NCBI GenBank assembly: GCA_036172245.1
Contig: JAYWIR010000006.1
Coordinates: 1,736,001-1,800,000, forward strand
DNA: 64,000 nucleotides
Source of the DNA: Raillietiella orientalis
Taxonomy: Eukaryota
Reading direction: 5' to 3'
The notes beneath the pieces are model-generated. The model ran no database searches. It was given only the letters and a program-made list of their open reading frames with translations, and was not told where the DNA came from. This document shows, one piece after another, positions 33,655-47,371 of the stretch. A program made the position numbers and the translations under genes. Position 1 is the stretch's first letter; each line of letters begins with the position of its first letter.

Positions 33655-36600
33655 CTACTTCTGCATCACTGGGTGCCGATATGAGCACTGTGAAGAGCCA
33701 CGAAATGGTGTTCGACCGGCATACGAAAAGGTACCAGGGAAATAGCCAGCACGCACAAAATGGCCAAAACCACCCCGGCCACGGAAATACGGTCGATGAT
33801 AGGCACTGAATCCAAATGTCTCTGCATTCAATTTCCTTTCTTGGCGCCAGTCTGTTCTATGAGTGTTACTAACAGCAACTCAATCCATAACAAACCTTGC
33901 ACTCACCCTTTACTACGTTCTAAAGCCTCACAACTAATGTTGTCAAAGAATGATACTTCTTTGTTGTAATATACTGGTTGTGTTTCTTCTGAAGGTTCCT
34001 CATTACCAACTGCCACATTTCCAAAATCATCTTTCTTCTCATCTGAATTACCACTTTGTAACACAAGTCCTTGAGAAAACTGATTCTTCAGTTCTTCAAA
34101 CTTCTCATTAGCTTGTTGGAAGTCATACTCTTCTTCGAACTGAAGTCGATTCCCAAATGACGCAGAACGATTTGCAGATGCCCCATGAGCACGGCCACGT
34201 CTAGCATTTCTTCCACCACGCATATATCGCACTGGCCCACGCTGGCCTTCTGCAGATTTACTATGATAAAAAATTTTATATTTCACAACAAGTGTACCAT
34301 AATAAATTACTTAAGGGCATTTTTCCCCTTCTTGCCTCCGTCATTTGGACCTGCTTGTACTGCTTGATCAATCATTGAAGATCTACTGGGTGCACCTGAG
34401 CCAGATCCAATAATAGGATGAGAAATGCCCACTGATGGAGGTACTGTAATAGAAACACATCAGTGAAGTGCTCACAAGCACAATGCCCCCCTCTGTGGCT
34501 GTGATAAAGTCCTCATTAGACTTGGCAATACTTTAGTGTGCCAACCTGTGTCTTTGAATCCATCTCTAGTTGCCAAACTATGTCCCATGTCTCCACCAGA
34601 AGCCAAATCAGAAATATTTCCCACTGGCATAGAGTTATGAGCAGCCTTGCTTCCTAATGCTGTTGGTACTGGTGGAACAGTTCCAGAAACCCATGTTGTG
34701 CCAGAATTCATGCTGGGACCTCCATAGCTCAAATATGTGGAAAGACTGCTTCCACCTGGAGGACCAAAATTTTGCTTCCCATGATGTGGAGTCTGAAAAC
34801 TCCCGTCACATGTTGGAGCTGATTGCTAAATATTATAATATTGAATTTCTTGAATATTCTGAATGCCTGTGTACATACCTGGACAATTGCAGGATCATTC
34901 AATAAGCTCACATCTTCCTGAACAAAAATTTCATCTATATTATTTCCCTTAAATATAATATAATCATACACTTCCTCACGAGGACCAACACGAGTTTCCA
35001 CAGGTCTGTTTTCTGTACCAAATGAACGAACTACAAATAAACGTTTATATTTCTTCCTGTGAGATTTGAGGTCACTTGAAATGTTACAAACAGAATCAAT
35101 TAAATATGTTTTGTTTAAATTAATCAATGATTTGCTTCTTCCTTTTAAGATTAGAATTCACATTATAGAACAAGTATTGAAAGACTGAAGAAAACACTAA
35201 AAGCAATTGAAATATTCACATGTATCCATAAGCAGTTATTTTTAATACATCAATCAATCCAAGATTTATGTAAATATGGCTAACAAAGTGTTGAATCATG
35301 TCATGCTTCCAATGAATGTTGGTATTTTTGTTCCTTAAGAACTTTCATTTTGAGTTGTAAAGTAAATATGAGATGTGGAAAGAATTTTACATCCATCCAC
35401 CTATCTGTATATATACATACAAAAGTTGAAAGCATCCTTGGTATACAATAATACAATTACATTGAAAATATCAACTAAAAGCATTTGTGAATCCAAGGGG
35501 AATGTGCTTGCTAGTAAACATGACATTAGCAAATATTACAAAATTGTTGGCTACTTGCTTATTTTATAATTGTTTGCTTTCATCTGGAAAATTTGACTAG
35601 AACATCCATAGATCACAATCACCTAATAGGAATCTTACAATCTTTGTCATTGACTGTTCAAAAAGTCTTATCCTATAAATAGGTTAAAACTGATTTAATG
35701 CATTGAGACATTACATTAAATGTTAAATGAAATGACCATAATGAATTATTTATGTAAGTAATCATGTCCTTCTGAAACTACCACATACACACAAAATGAA
35801 GTGATCATTTTGGAGAAACAAACATTTAAGCAATCAGATTCCTTTCATTAAGTTTTCTGATAAGTGCATACTTTATCTTCATTCTTGTTTCCTCTAATTT
35901 ATCTTTACAATAGTGAGCATCTATTATTTACTTTTAATGTGCTTGTGCTTTTAACTGTGCTATCAGCATGTGTTAAATTCATGATAAGAAAAAATTATTC
36001 GAGACTTGAAAAAAAATCTTAAAAAGAAAGATGCTTGATACCAGACCTAAATAAATATCAAACAGAAACAAACATGAGCTCAAGTTGGACAAGTGTTCAG
36101 CACTACTTGAACTAAGTAGTATTAAAATGCACAAACATTATTCATATTAATAGACATGATCTACAATAGCAACTTTTCTTACATTACTTGCAGCACCTTG
36201 ACGGAATTATAATCTCGGCACTTATTTGGGATAAAAAACAGACTGAAGAAGTCATTCATTTAATCGACATTCTTGTGTTAAAAATGACTATTATGAGATG
36301 TAACATCTTTATTTAAAACCCAATGGGTTTAGTGATCAGGAAATGGCAAGCAGCAACCATTAGTAATTATTCACTTCATCCTAGCTACAGGTAATTAAAA
36401 GCACAACCTATTTTTAAAAACAAACTGAAAGAAATATTCTCGAGAGCTTGGACTTTGCATTACACTGAATTTCAGTCATGCTCTCATGGATACTTGAAGG
36501 TTGATATAACATGCCCGAAATATCCATTTGTGTTAGCATCAAAATATGTAAATTATATATTGCTTCCATACCTTTGCTCACATAAATTAATACACATGAA

Positions 36601-37388
36601 ATGGCCTGCACGAGTAAAATTTCAACTTATGTAAAATAAAACAAATGAGCCTTGCACTTTGGTAATCACTAAATTGAAACGACTGATGATAGGGAATAAC
36701 GGACGTCCAAGAAAACAAATTTAAGATAGCATGTTAACTAATTAAGGTGCAAGCAAGTAACCAGAATCCAATAATTTTTTACTCGAAATCGTGGCTAACG
36801 TTATCATTTAAAACTGTGCAATGAACCCGAACAAAAAGGATAATTTCATGTACTTGCTTTTCAATTATTTGGAGTGGAAAACTGTAAAGTGATATCGACT
36901 AATGGGAACATTTTTAAATTAAACCTAAAACTACTGTTTTAGGTTGATATTTTGATAGTGCTTTTGGATATAAATTGGGATATTTTGGAAGGGTCAACGC
37001 TGATAAAGAAATAAATGATGAGCTCCTTAAAATCTTTGGGAAAAACAAAAGTTGGAGTTTTATCACTTTCGGAAACTGGGCTGTTTTATAAGTAAATACG
37101 AGATGACTGATACAACACCGATGTGAACGAAGCGGTAACATGTACAGGGATACTTATTACAACTAGTTATTAACAGTGGTGTTTTACAGAATATTCTCCT
37201 GACCATAATGAAACAATAAGCTGTGTCAAAACATGTATGAAATGTTCATACTAACCTTTAGAAAGAGTCAATGTAGACTTTTCACAATCTATTGTGTATA
37301 AAGTGCCTTCATATCTTATTCCTGCTTTTGAAATTAAACTTAGCTTGCAACCCAGATAAGGCAACGTTCCGTCTCCGCAGGTCATCAT
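33655..37388 (-). CDS. LSM14: LSM14 / trailer hitch / Scd6-family P-body protein
   Basis: Exon 37388-37256 [44 protein letters not shown] and exon 35030-34879 [10 protein letters not shown]...YDYIIFKG form the LSm domain. Low-complexity exons 34825-34546 and 34395-34311 follow (internal boundaries uncertain). Exon 34260-33907 has RGG, the FDF-like [14 protein letters not shown] and the FFD box [15 protein letters not shown]. Exon 33868-33655 has the TFG box [13 protein letters not shown] and an RGRGG tail. Confidence 0.93.
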
Positions 37389-37398
37389 ACAAAATTAC

Positions 37399-37540
37399 TC
37401 AGTCTAGCTACACCGACTTCAAACCTTCGGCTAGACTGACTAGTCTACGTTCGTTGACATGACCTTCCGTTTATAGATTTCAACATGGCGAGTTTCGTCA
37501 CACAACGAGGAAACCATTGATTGCTACAGGATTACCAATG
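37399..37540. promoter_or_regulatory. Putative housekeeping promoter / 5' UTR of LSM14
   Basis: Immediately upstream of the LSM14 ATG: ETS-like CTTCCG (~37464), YY1-like CAACATGGCG (37481-37490) and CCAAT (~37535), set in an otherwise very AT-rich background. Confidence 0.45.
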
Positions 37541-40500
37541 AAAGATCCAGCTGGGAAAGCTTTACTTTTTAAATTAAAAAATTATGAAATTTTAAATAGC
37601 CAGTCTGTAACTCAGATTGAGATTTCATAAATATTTCATAAAACTCATTTGATATGAATGATTCTTAAAATTCGGCACAGTAATAAGTTTAGAAACAAAA
37701 GCAGATCCATATTAGCTCTGGTTCATGCTAAACTTGGAATGTAAATAGTCAACTAGTAAAAGTTACATGCGTAAAACTGATTATTTTTATTTAAAAAATG
37801 ATTATGTTTGCATGAAATAATAAAAACATTCGAGAAATGTAACATTCATCGAAAAATTCGTGAATGAAATGATGATGCCCATCAGGCAAAATTGTATCCA
37901 AATAATTTAAACAAGCAGTCATCACATTTTATTGAGAAACACATCTGTCTTCAAAATATAAATGGAACTGCAGAGACTTTTAAAATAATAAAAAGTACGA
38001 TAATTTCAATATAATAAACAATAAGTTACCTGCCATTTTGTATTTCCTTAAAATTTTATTTCAGTATGAAATAAAATTTATGATTTTATATTATTGAAAG
38101 TTCCATTCATAATGTACTTCATGAAGCCAAGTATTAAACAAAACACTTTTACTGCGTTCCAGAGATGAATATTAGTTCGTGCATTCAATAAAGTGAGACA
38201 TATCATATATTTATTTCATTACGTTTCTTACTAACAAATAGCCACTAAATTGCAAAGTTCATCGCTCTTTTATCATTGATAAAATGCCTAATTTAAGGTA
38301 AATAATGTGTTCAGAGAAGCCATTAAAATGAAATTTTTAAAAAAGTTTGCCATGAGGAAATGTGCTTCACAGGACCGATGTCGAAATTTTGTGCTAGGCA
38401 TTTTTAAGATCTGAGAAATTTCGAGGGGGACTCTGTAAGTTCCCGATAAATGATTACAATCCAATTGCCTTATATAAATTATTACAATTGCTTTTTAAAA
38501 AAGAACGACTATTTGCTAGTGTTCATCACACAGCCAATTTAGACACGATCGCATGCATTTATGGAATCCATCTACGCATTTCTGCGGGGTCACACGGTTC
38601 TGTAGCTCCTTTCTGAGTTTCATATATTTCCGAAAGCATAGGAAATTGCTCACGATGCTGATTTTTATTTTGCCCGAAGCTATGTCTTTAGTATTTAAAT
38701 CATGATATTGTATGGTACCAGCTGGGAACGGAATTCATCGTTAGAGGAGAACAGTAAAAACTGGAAAACTCTAATAAATCTATCATTCTAAACTAATCAA
38801 AACTAAACCTTAATATGGATTGCGTATGTAAGCGAAAGGAATTATTTCAAATCACTCAGAATTCCTTCAGGTTTCCATCGTCCAAAATTCAGCTTCGTAT
38901 GAAAGGTTTCAATATAATACTTACGATTATATTCTATAGACATACCTGATTTAATTTTTTACCGATTACCATTTTTAAAACACCATACGGCACCCTTTTG
39001 ATTTCTATGATAGAACTTTTTACCTAGAAGCTTTATTTTTAATAAAAATAGTGCATAATAAGCAATAAACTACAATGAATGGATTAGGATGCAAGACAGG
39101 TCACTGTGAAAAGGCAATGACCATCGCAATTTGTACCGTGTGGAGAAAACTCACCTTTCGTGAGGACTCTGGATCCGTGCTTCACTTTTATCTTTTTTGG
39201 AATTATGTAAGTGTTATTTATGGACACACGAGATTGCACTCAAATTGCAAGATGCGTTGTACTTCCGCCAAATTCTGCAGACATCGGCAGCAAACGAAAA
39301 GAGGATGAGTTCATCTGCAACCTGAAGAACAAGTTTCACTTTTAACTGATTACGTCCCTCGGACAGCACATTCATGTCATTCTTCGCGAATTAAAATCGA
39401 GACGTTTTCCTAGAGATTCCCTCCTTAAACATTCCGAGTGATGTGGGCTTGCAGTGGACGTTAAAAAAAATTGACTGAAGGACTTCTCAGCTCTTCGAAA
39501 TATTTCCTTTTTAATAGTACAAATGGAAGCGTTTTTTTTTTTTTTGTTCCTAGAAAAAAAGGTCGGAAATCTCTCATGCCCTGTCAACAAAACGAACCAG
39601 CAAAATGGATTGAGAATTGTTTTTTCAAGCAAAAATATCCGAGCAAAGAGGAATTTTAGTTCCCACACGTATTCTGAGATCCTGAGATGTGTAGGTACAT
39701 AGAATACTCCAGCCTCAAGAATTCTCCCCGAAATTCCATCTCTCCAAGCTTTGAACTAGCTAATTTATTAAGTGTGGTTCCTTAGCATCTATAATGCACA
39801 CACGAATGGATGGAATTTGTGTCAGAGGTACTAATAGAAAAAGCACGTGAGATAAGAGGGGAAAAGGAAACTATTTCTTGGTCCTCGTGCTGCAAACACG
39901 AGACGCATCGGGAGGAGCCTTGCATGCATCTTCTCCTCTCAATGTGTAGGAATTCTTGATTTTGGACAAGTGCAAAGTGAAGCAAGTGTAAACTAAAATT
40001 GCTTTTGGAATCGATCCGGGCATTCATGTTTTGAAGATTAAAGAGTGATTAATTAACTTGCAACTGCTATCGATTGAACCTTCGATGCTTCCATGCTGAT
40101 TAAAGGGCACCTATGGTCTTCAGAAGTCTTTACTAGTTACTCAGTTTAATACTGCTTCCATGCTCACATAGAATAAAAACTGGTATGCTCCGTTGTTTGC
40201 ATGGACTGTAAAGTGTCTCGGAATCCCTGAAGGGTTGCATCAAGTTTTAAAAGCGGAAAACTAGCTCTTGCCGACTCATCCATAGCAGGCCATTTTGAGA
40301 CTGACAACATCCTACAATTAGGAAAATTACATAGGATTGAAGGGGGCACTGCTTTCTTGCCAAAAGTTTTTAATACTTTTATTTCCGCTCTCTGTGATGA
40401 GTGTCCTAGCATCTCTGTGCGCTCGTTTGTGTGAAGATCACCATCAGCTGATGAGAAACATGAGCTCACACGACGTTTGTTCATCGGCAGATTTGAAAGC

Positions 40501-42799
40501 AACGAATGCCTCGGAAAATTCGGGAAGGAAAGCGGTGGTGTGCTTATCCGTGATCTCACTGCAGTGTTTCTCACGTTCTTGCGACGCAGCTAGTCCGGAG
40601 TTGGTACAGAGAAGCCTCCGAGTGTGATTTCGCCACAGTTCCAGTCCGTTAGTTCCGAATGCTCTTTGATGAGGATTCATCGGAACTTCAGCGAACCTCA
40701 ACTTTGTCTCTGCTGATACAGTGAAGGCCAAGCTACGCACGACTTCAGCTAAGCTCTCCAGCAATGACACTTGAAGAACGCTTAAGAAACAAAGTGAGCT
40801 ATTACTAAGTACCTTGTCAGAAGGCAGGTAGCACAGCGCACTTAAACTCGGTGTCAATTGAGTTTTAAAAGCGATATGATCAAATCGGAGAAAGAGAAAA
40901 AAAAACCATGCCATCTTGAATGCTAGGCATCGAGAGTGTCGCATATCTCCTCCACAGACCTATCCATGCATAGGAGTGCATAGTACAATGCCAGCTTACC
41001 TTAGCTATACCTTCTTCATGTGAATCTGTAGATGCGTAAGCATTAAGAAGATGGACGGGGTGCAAGAGATCTGAATGATTACGAATGACAACCGATTTAA
41101 TCTACGATTTATTGGGGTGGCTGCAGCGGACATAGTAGGGTTATCGTAGGGTGGCCGGCTGTTCCAAGGTTCAAGAACAATTCCATGCGCTTTCAATATG
41201 TAGAGTGCTGTCACCTTACCTTTGCAGGATGGTGCCTTGTAAGAACGATGCCTTCAGAGAACTCGGTGAACAAATCATCATGGCAGATAAATGATACTGC
41301 GTATTATGATACTCAAGAATGGGAAGGAAAGCCTATTTAACGACAGAGATCACTATGCTCTGTGAATCTTGCATGTGAGTTTGCATTTCAGCAACAGTAC
41401 AACTGGCTCACTAATACAAAAGACAGTTTCACTAAATCATGATGCTTTAGAACCAGTGCTCTGACTCACGGCATTTCGAGACACCTCCTGAAGACAACAC
41501 AAACAAGGAAAACACGTAATCTTTAAGAACAATTTCCTTTTGTGTAGATTTTCCCTGAAGAGTGCTTCGACTGCTTGGCTGCGACTCTGAATTTTGGAAA
41601 ATAAGGATGGAAGCAGAGAATCACCTGAAGATACAACATACGACATCGTATAGAACAATTTTTCTATTCGAGAGTGATACGACAACACGAAGACGGGACC
41701 TTACCGGGGTAAGGTCACCAGACTGTCATCAGACTCGGCGAAATTTCGATTGCGAGGGGGAAGAAATTAGCTCTACGGTCGAAGGTGGTTCTCCATCCCA
41801 GAGTACCAGTTTCTTTATTCAAGCAAAGAGCGGAAATCATTTTTCCAAAAGTCTGTTTCCTTGCCTTGAGGCAGGCCGGATTTTCCCATCCAAGGGGGGT
41901 GCTCTTAAAGCGTGAACAACTCAGCTAGGCTTTGCAGCTTTTTGGCTGCGAACTCTACGAGAAGTGCACTTGCGAGATGACTCACCCACAGGACAGTGAT
42001 CGTGTCTCCACAAGCTACAAGCCTTCCAAGATTTTTGCGAAGCTACCGGGAACGCGAGGGAGATCCGCGGGGGTGTTATGAAACGATCCAATGAGAGTCC
42101 AACGATGCATCATGGCATTTCTCTTCGGCGGAAGGGGTTAACAACCGCATAGTTCCTTGACCGAAAGACTGTGGAATATTCCGGATCTTCTATGAAAATG
42201 GCTTAGATAGTGTTTCTTCCAGAATGCACAAAAGCACTGACAATTGTCAAGGAAGAACACACAAGAACGCAGTGATGGTTTTTGATTCCTTAGCTTGAAC
42301 GTGGAATGGAGCATTTCAGCTTGTGAATTTGAAGAAGATTCATCGCATTCCGTCCAATCGCGCGTCAGTCTTTCATGTGTCTTACGTGAACTTTTGATGA
42401 TCCATAAGCTCGGAGACTGCTGCAGCTTGTTCGCTGCCTATGTCCGGAACTTTGAAACAGTTGAGGTGGCATCAAGCGACGACTTGCTTATAGTCACGAA
42501 CGAGCCAGCAAGGAGAGGAACAGGCAGGGGAGGTCCAATTCACCGAAGGTGGCATCTCTACGAACTGATTTTCCTCCGGAAGCGTTGGAGGCTGTGCAAC
42601 TTCAGGAACGAGGTTTCCGTTTTGCCAGTTCTCCGACATCTGGTCTTCGGCAAACCCAAACTCTTTCTGTCGAGTGGCAGCTCATTTAACGAGTGACCTT
42701 CCAGTCGTCCTCTCGTCAGCTTCTGAGCGTGTTTAGAAGCATCATGTCGTGTAATGGCATGTGCGGGTCATCATATGCGGAAGCAAAACCAGCAGCAGA

Positions 42800-43550
42800 C
42801 GAGGTGGAAATCTTTTTCTGTCTTCGCTGTTATTCCTTTCAGCTTTTTTTTGGGTCCGCTGGGTACTTCAAGAACCAGTGACCCACGCAGCTCTTTGAAA
42901 CTGTTCCATACACCACCCAAGGGTACGTGTTAATTCTTCAAGATACCCGGGAGGGGACCGCCTCTCACGCCGGGGGAGGGTATCTCCTAAGGGAACCCTC
43001 CCAACCCTGGTTGTCTCCGAAGGGAAACCCGGAAGGGAATCCTCCTTCTTTAATCTCTCCAGAGGGACCCCTGAAGGGGTCCGCTCCATGTTTTCTTCTC
43101 CGAAGGGAACCCGCAAGGAAACCGCTCCTGTTTACGCCTTTGAAGGGAGCTCCGAAGGGACGCTTCCGAAATTCAGAAGGGCGCTCCCCGAAGAGCGCAT
43201 GCTTCTCTGGAACTCTAGAGAGGCAGCGGCGACACTCCTACTCCACGGAGGGTTCCCCCTGAAAGGGGGGATCCTCTCCTTCGCACAACCGGAAGGGAAC
43301 TCCCACTCCTTGGATTCCTGGAAGGACCCGGAGGTCGAACTCCCATTGTTTGGGACCTCGTCGGGAGTATACAGTTTGAACAACTACTGAGCGCCGCCCC
43401 CGGAAGTAGGTCGAGCAGCGTCATCTCGCGGGTCTCCGATTCGAACCCACGACGTGCACAAACTCTTTGCGTCGATTCTTGCCGAGTATTCGAACCCGCA
43501 ACGCCAAGTGCCACACGTGGAGACCGTAACCACATGGCCTCCGACCCAGG
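42800..43550 (-). mobile_element. SINE-like element copy (full head)
   Basis: Minus strand reads GGAGGCCATGTGGTTA (A-box-like), GGGTTCGAATAC (43497-43486), a second GGGTTCGAATC (43448-43438), then a third tRNA-like unit ending GGAGTTCGACCTCC. Body and tail are shared with other copies. Confidence 0.75.
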
Positions 43551-44959
43551 CCCACAGCCAGGTAGGTAAGCGGACTCTCTACGGATCCGGGAGAGTTATC
43601 CAAATTTTTTATACAATTCTGCATGCTCGTGTCGGACTTTACTGCAAATGCTGACAGAATCTGGGAGCAAATGGAACCCGGAAGTCATTTTGGAGCCGTG
43701 AGAGAAGCGGCGGTCCTGCAATGTTTCGTTTCTGCACAACTAGCAGTCTACAAACAGAGAAGAATCCATGAAAAGGGGCATCGAGAGACTGAAAACTTTT
43801 TTTTTTTTTTTTTTACGGAGGCGCATCGCTACTCTAGTCAGGGCGGCAGGAATTCATAAGGAGAAAATCCATCAGTGACGTTCCCCTTTTTTTCCAGACG
43901 AAAAAGAAAGTGCCTTTTCTTGCAGCTGGCATGTGTGACAGAATCAAGACCTGCACTGTCATTGCACATCTCGTGTCAGACTCAGAATTCTCCAGTGGTA
44001 GGCGCTTTGAAGCTGATCCGGAGGCTCGGTAGTTGGCACATCGACGGGAAACGGGCACGTTTAAAGGAGACTGCACACCGGTGTGGGTCTCCGTAGACGG
44101 CCTCTACAACGACACTTCTCTTGCTAGCAGAAGTAATTTATTTGCAACTTTTTTGTTTTTTTCTTGCGACAACAGCAGTCGTGGTGATCGTTCTCCAAGG
44201 TGATTGCATTTCTTGGAAGCTTTGGAAGACTATGCGCAGACATGGCATCAGTGGTTGCTTTGGCCTCATATCTATCAAGTCTCACATTACGAAATGTTTT
44301 TGAACCCTTCAGCAGCACGGCCCACGGGCGTCAAAGTTGTGGAACTTTCGAGGCGGACTCCATGTCCGAAGTTTGCTTTTTCAGAACTTCTAATGACCAC
44401 CGGAATATCCGCCTCTACCTTCTTGAGATGGTTCCGACGGGACACCGATCCATGCCTTCTCTGAGTGACCTCTCCCCACTGCTGGTGTCACAAACGGCTT
44501 CTCAAGTGGTGGTGACGAGTCAGGATCACCACCACTTTTAGATGCACCGAGTAGGGATAGAAGCCATCTGTGCCGCAAGATGCAGCACCGTGCAGCTTCC
44601 ATCACGCATGAAACTTCCGTTGTGAGCTTGGAGCTCTAAGAAGTGATTCCCTGTCTCAGTGCTAGCCGGGCCACATCCCTCCTCCCTGCTTGGCTTCCGT
44701 CGTTCTCAAAGCGAAGCGCCCATTGCAGCCACTGGTGGAAAGTTGTCCCGGAAGGTAACGGCAAATGATTCTTAGATGGATCCAAAATGGAGGAGAAATC
44801 AACGAGATTTTTCCTCTGTTTTCCTTTTTTTTTTTCTCGGGGAGACAAAACCGCGATTCGTTCTCACCTGAAAAGGCAAAAAGCAAAGCAACAGAGAAAC
44901 CGGAAGCAAGACCATAACAAGAGATGCGGAAGGAAAGCATCCGGAGAGAAATGGAGGAA

Positions 44960-45992
44960 TTTTTCTACCCGGTAAGCTGGGGCGTTTCTTTTATAAAAAA
45001 TAAAGCATTCGGGAACACTCTGGTTCCCAAGCGAAAGCAACAAGGGTTCAAGGGGAGGGTCCACCGACATGCAAGGCGGGATAACACAAAGTCGGGCACG
45101 GGGTAGGAAATCGGGGACAACAAAAAATAAAAACAATAAATGCGTTGGGATGGGGCAGGAATATTTGAGTTTTCTTCGTGTGCACCGGGATCAAAACGCA
45201 AACACCGGGGAAGTTACGGAGCAAACGGGGATAGGGAATGAGAAAATGAAAAATTAAGAAGGGCAGGGGATAAGGGTCACAGGTGTCCGTCGTTCTTAAC
45301 TATGCAAAAACTGGAGCTGGATGCCAGCGATCTTCTCCTTCACTTCTCGTACCAGGTGAGGTCACCTTGCAACCGTCTTCGTGAAGGCGGCTGCCATACC
45401 GGTGATCTCCCTTCGCTGCCTGGTCGTCTCCAGCACGTGGAGGGCCGTGACGAGGGCACGTATGCAATCCCATGCACGTGATCACCGCGTCCGTCGAGAG
45501 TCCTCCCGGCGCGAAGAACCGCCACAGCAGGTTGCAGGCGGTGTCCTCCTGGTGCAGGCCACTGACGACCAGACTCCGCCGCAGTTCCTGCAGGGCCCCG
45601 CAGTCCAAAAGCAGGTGCGGCGGGATCGACTCCCGCTGACTCGCACCTGGCTCAGTTCGTTGATGCACCCCCCTGCGGAAACGAGGATGCCGCTGCTCGT
45701 CTCGCTGGAATCCCCAGTGGAGGAAGAACAATACGTCCTGTTTCCAGGAGAGGGAGAACACTGAAGTGTCCAAAACATGGGGAGGGACCACAAGTTCTTC
45801 GGGGGCAGCACTGAAGAGTTCCGCACCACCGAAGGAGTCCTGTCGCCAAAGCTCCAAGCGGAGTGACGTCTTCCAGTCGTTCAGGAGTTTCGACTTTCCC
45901 GCGACGGTGTAGGGAAACTCCCGCCTCGCTGTCAGGCTACTGTCCTCGCTTGTCCTGAGGGAAGACGGCGCTGCTGCAAGGGGCGCGGTCAA
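44960..45992 (-). mobile_element. 5'-truncated L1/Tx1-like fragment
   Basis: PEELVVPPHVLDTSVFSLSWKQDVLFFLHWGFQ...HLLLDCGALQEL. 3' hairpin at 44961-44990. Confidence 0.8.
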
Positions 45993-46470
45993 TGAAGGAT
46001 CGACTCCGAAAATAAGTGCGCTTCAGTACCCCCGCAGGATGCCGGTTGGCCCACAGGCTTTGGCTGTGGCGCTGGAATGAGGTTTGCTAGAGACTGGGTG
46101 CCCCCACTAACTGGACGAAATCGGGAATAGGCCTTCCGGGTCCTTTCAGTTGATTGCCTCCGGGGTTTCCCTTCAGTTTGTGCCATGAAGTCGACCGCCC
46201 CTTCACTGTTCTCGGAGACAATCAGGAAGGGAACGGTTCCTTTCGGAGTTCCCTCCAAGAGTAGAAGGGAAAGGATTCTATCCTCAGGGACTTCCTTGTA
46301 TGAACAGGGTGGTCCTATCGGAGTTTGTCATCCTGACCTAGTCGCACGGACCCGTGGGTGGTGTGACCTTGTCTTAAGGAGTCTTGTAAGCCTCCATGTG
46401 GCGGCATCGTTGGTTCCCTCTATCGGGGTAGGCGGTTCTTGAATGCACAGCGGACCAAGGAAGATGAAAA
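45993..46470 (+). mobile_element. Diverged SINE-like element copy
   Basis: Degenerate head, TCGGAGACAATCAGG body, GCACGGACCCGTGGGTGGTGTG segment and GGCGGTTCTTGAA...CAGCGGACC tail. Confidence 0.55.
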
Positions 46471-46749
46471 CGGAAAGCAAAAGTGTTCTGCTGTGCAGGC
46501 GATGATGCCTTCGCCAAGGAGAAAGAAAGCGTAGCGACGACTAAGAAAAAGACTGCTGAGAGTGACATCCGCACTCGTGGAGGACACGTTTGCTCTGGAC
46601 ACTCGGAAGGAAGCCGCCGAAATCGTTTCTCGTTCTCTCTGGTCAGGGAAAAAAAAAGGAGGGCAGCCCTCGCATCCTGGGGAGGTACAAGGAAAGGTTC
46701 TCGAGGCTGGAACACGGAAGAAGTTCTGTCCTTGCTGCATTTCGGATGC

Positions 46750-47371
46750 CGGACCGCCCACGCCAATAGGAATTCTTCGAGATAGGGAGAATCATATGAA
46801 TCCAGGAAGTGCTCCGGAAAAGGGAATTCGTTTCTCTCACGCCTGGAAAGGCATCCCCGAAGGAAATCTCCTTCCTTATTCTCTCCAGAGGGACCTCCGA
46901 AGGAGTCCGCTCCATTTTTTATTCTCCGAAAGGAACCCGGAAAGGATCCGCTATCATGAATTTCTTCCACGGAGGGCACCCGCAAGGGATCCGCTCCCTG
47001 TTTCCTCCTCTGAAGAAAACCACGAAGGGACGCTTCCGAAATTCAGAAGGGCGCTGCTTCCCCGGAGGGAGCGTCTCGCTTCTCTGCACTCTCTGGAGAG
47101 GTGGTGGCCTTCACCACCGGAGGGGAGCTCCCACTCCTTGATTCCTGGAAGGACCCTGGCGTCGACTCCAAATCCCTGCCACTCGTCAGGGGCATCTGCT
47201 TTTAACCGCTACCATGCCCCACCCGAACAGAGACCAACAGCGTCATCTCATGGGAGGGACTCGAACCCACGACGCACCCCTATCTCTCGGCGTTGATTCT
47301 TTCCGAGCATTCGAACCCGCGACGCTTCACGGCACGCGTGGAGACCTCAGCCACGTGGCCTCCGACTCAGG
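46750..47371 (-). mobile_element. SINE-like element copy, close relative of 28.5 kb copy
   Basis: Near-identical blocks with the 28.5 kb copy (both translate as MPHPNRDQQRHL.GGT.THDAP). Two B-boxes at 47318-47309 and 47268-47257. Confidence 0.75.

Noticed and set aside
36922..36945. AT-rich hairpin / intronic snoRNA in LSM14 intron 1
   Set aside because: A 10-bp stem exists but no C/D or H/ACA boxes were seen on the sense strand; likely chance in AT-rich DNA.
37486..37521. Divergent gene starting at ATGGCG
   Set aside because: The frame stops after 11 codons; better explained as a YY1-like motif.
40810..41230. Minus-strand splice-like signals (AAG|GTAAGG, a 26-nt micro-exon, a 40-nt GT-AG interval)
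   Set aside because: Could not be joined into a consistent open frame or recognisable protein; may be chance or a non-coding transcript.
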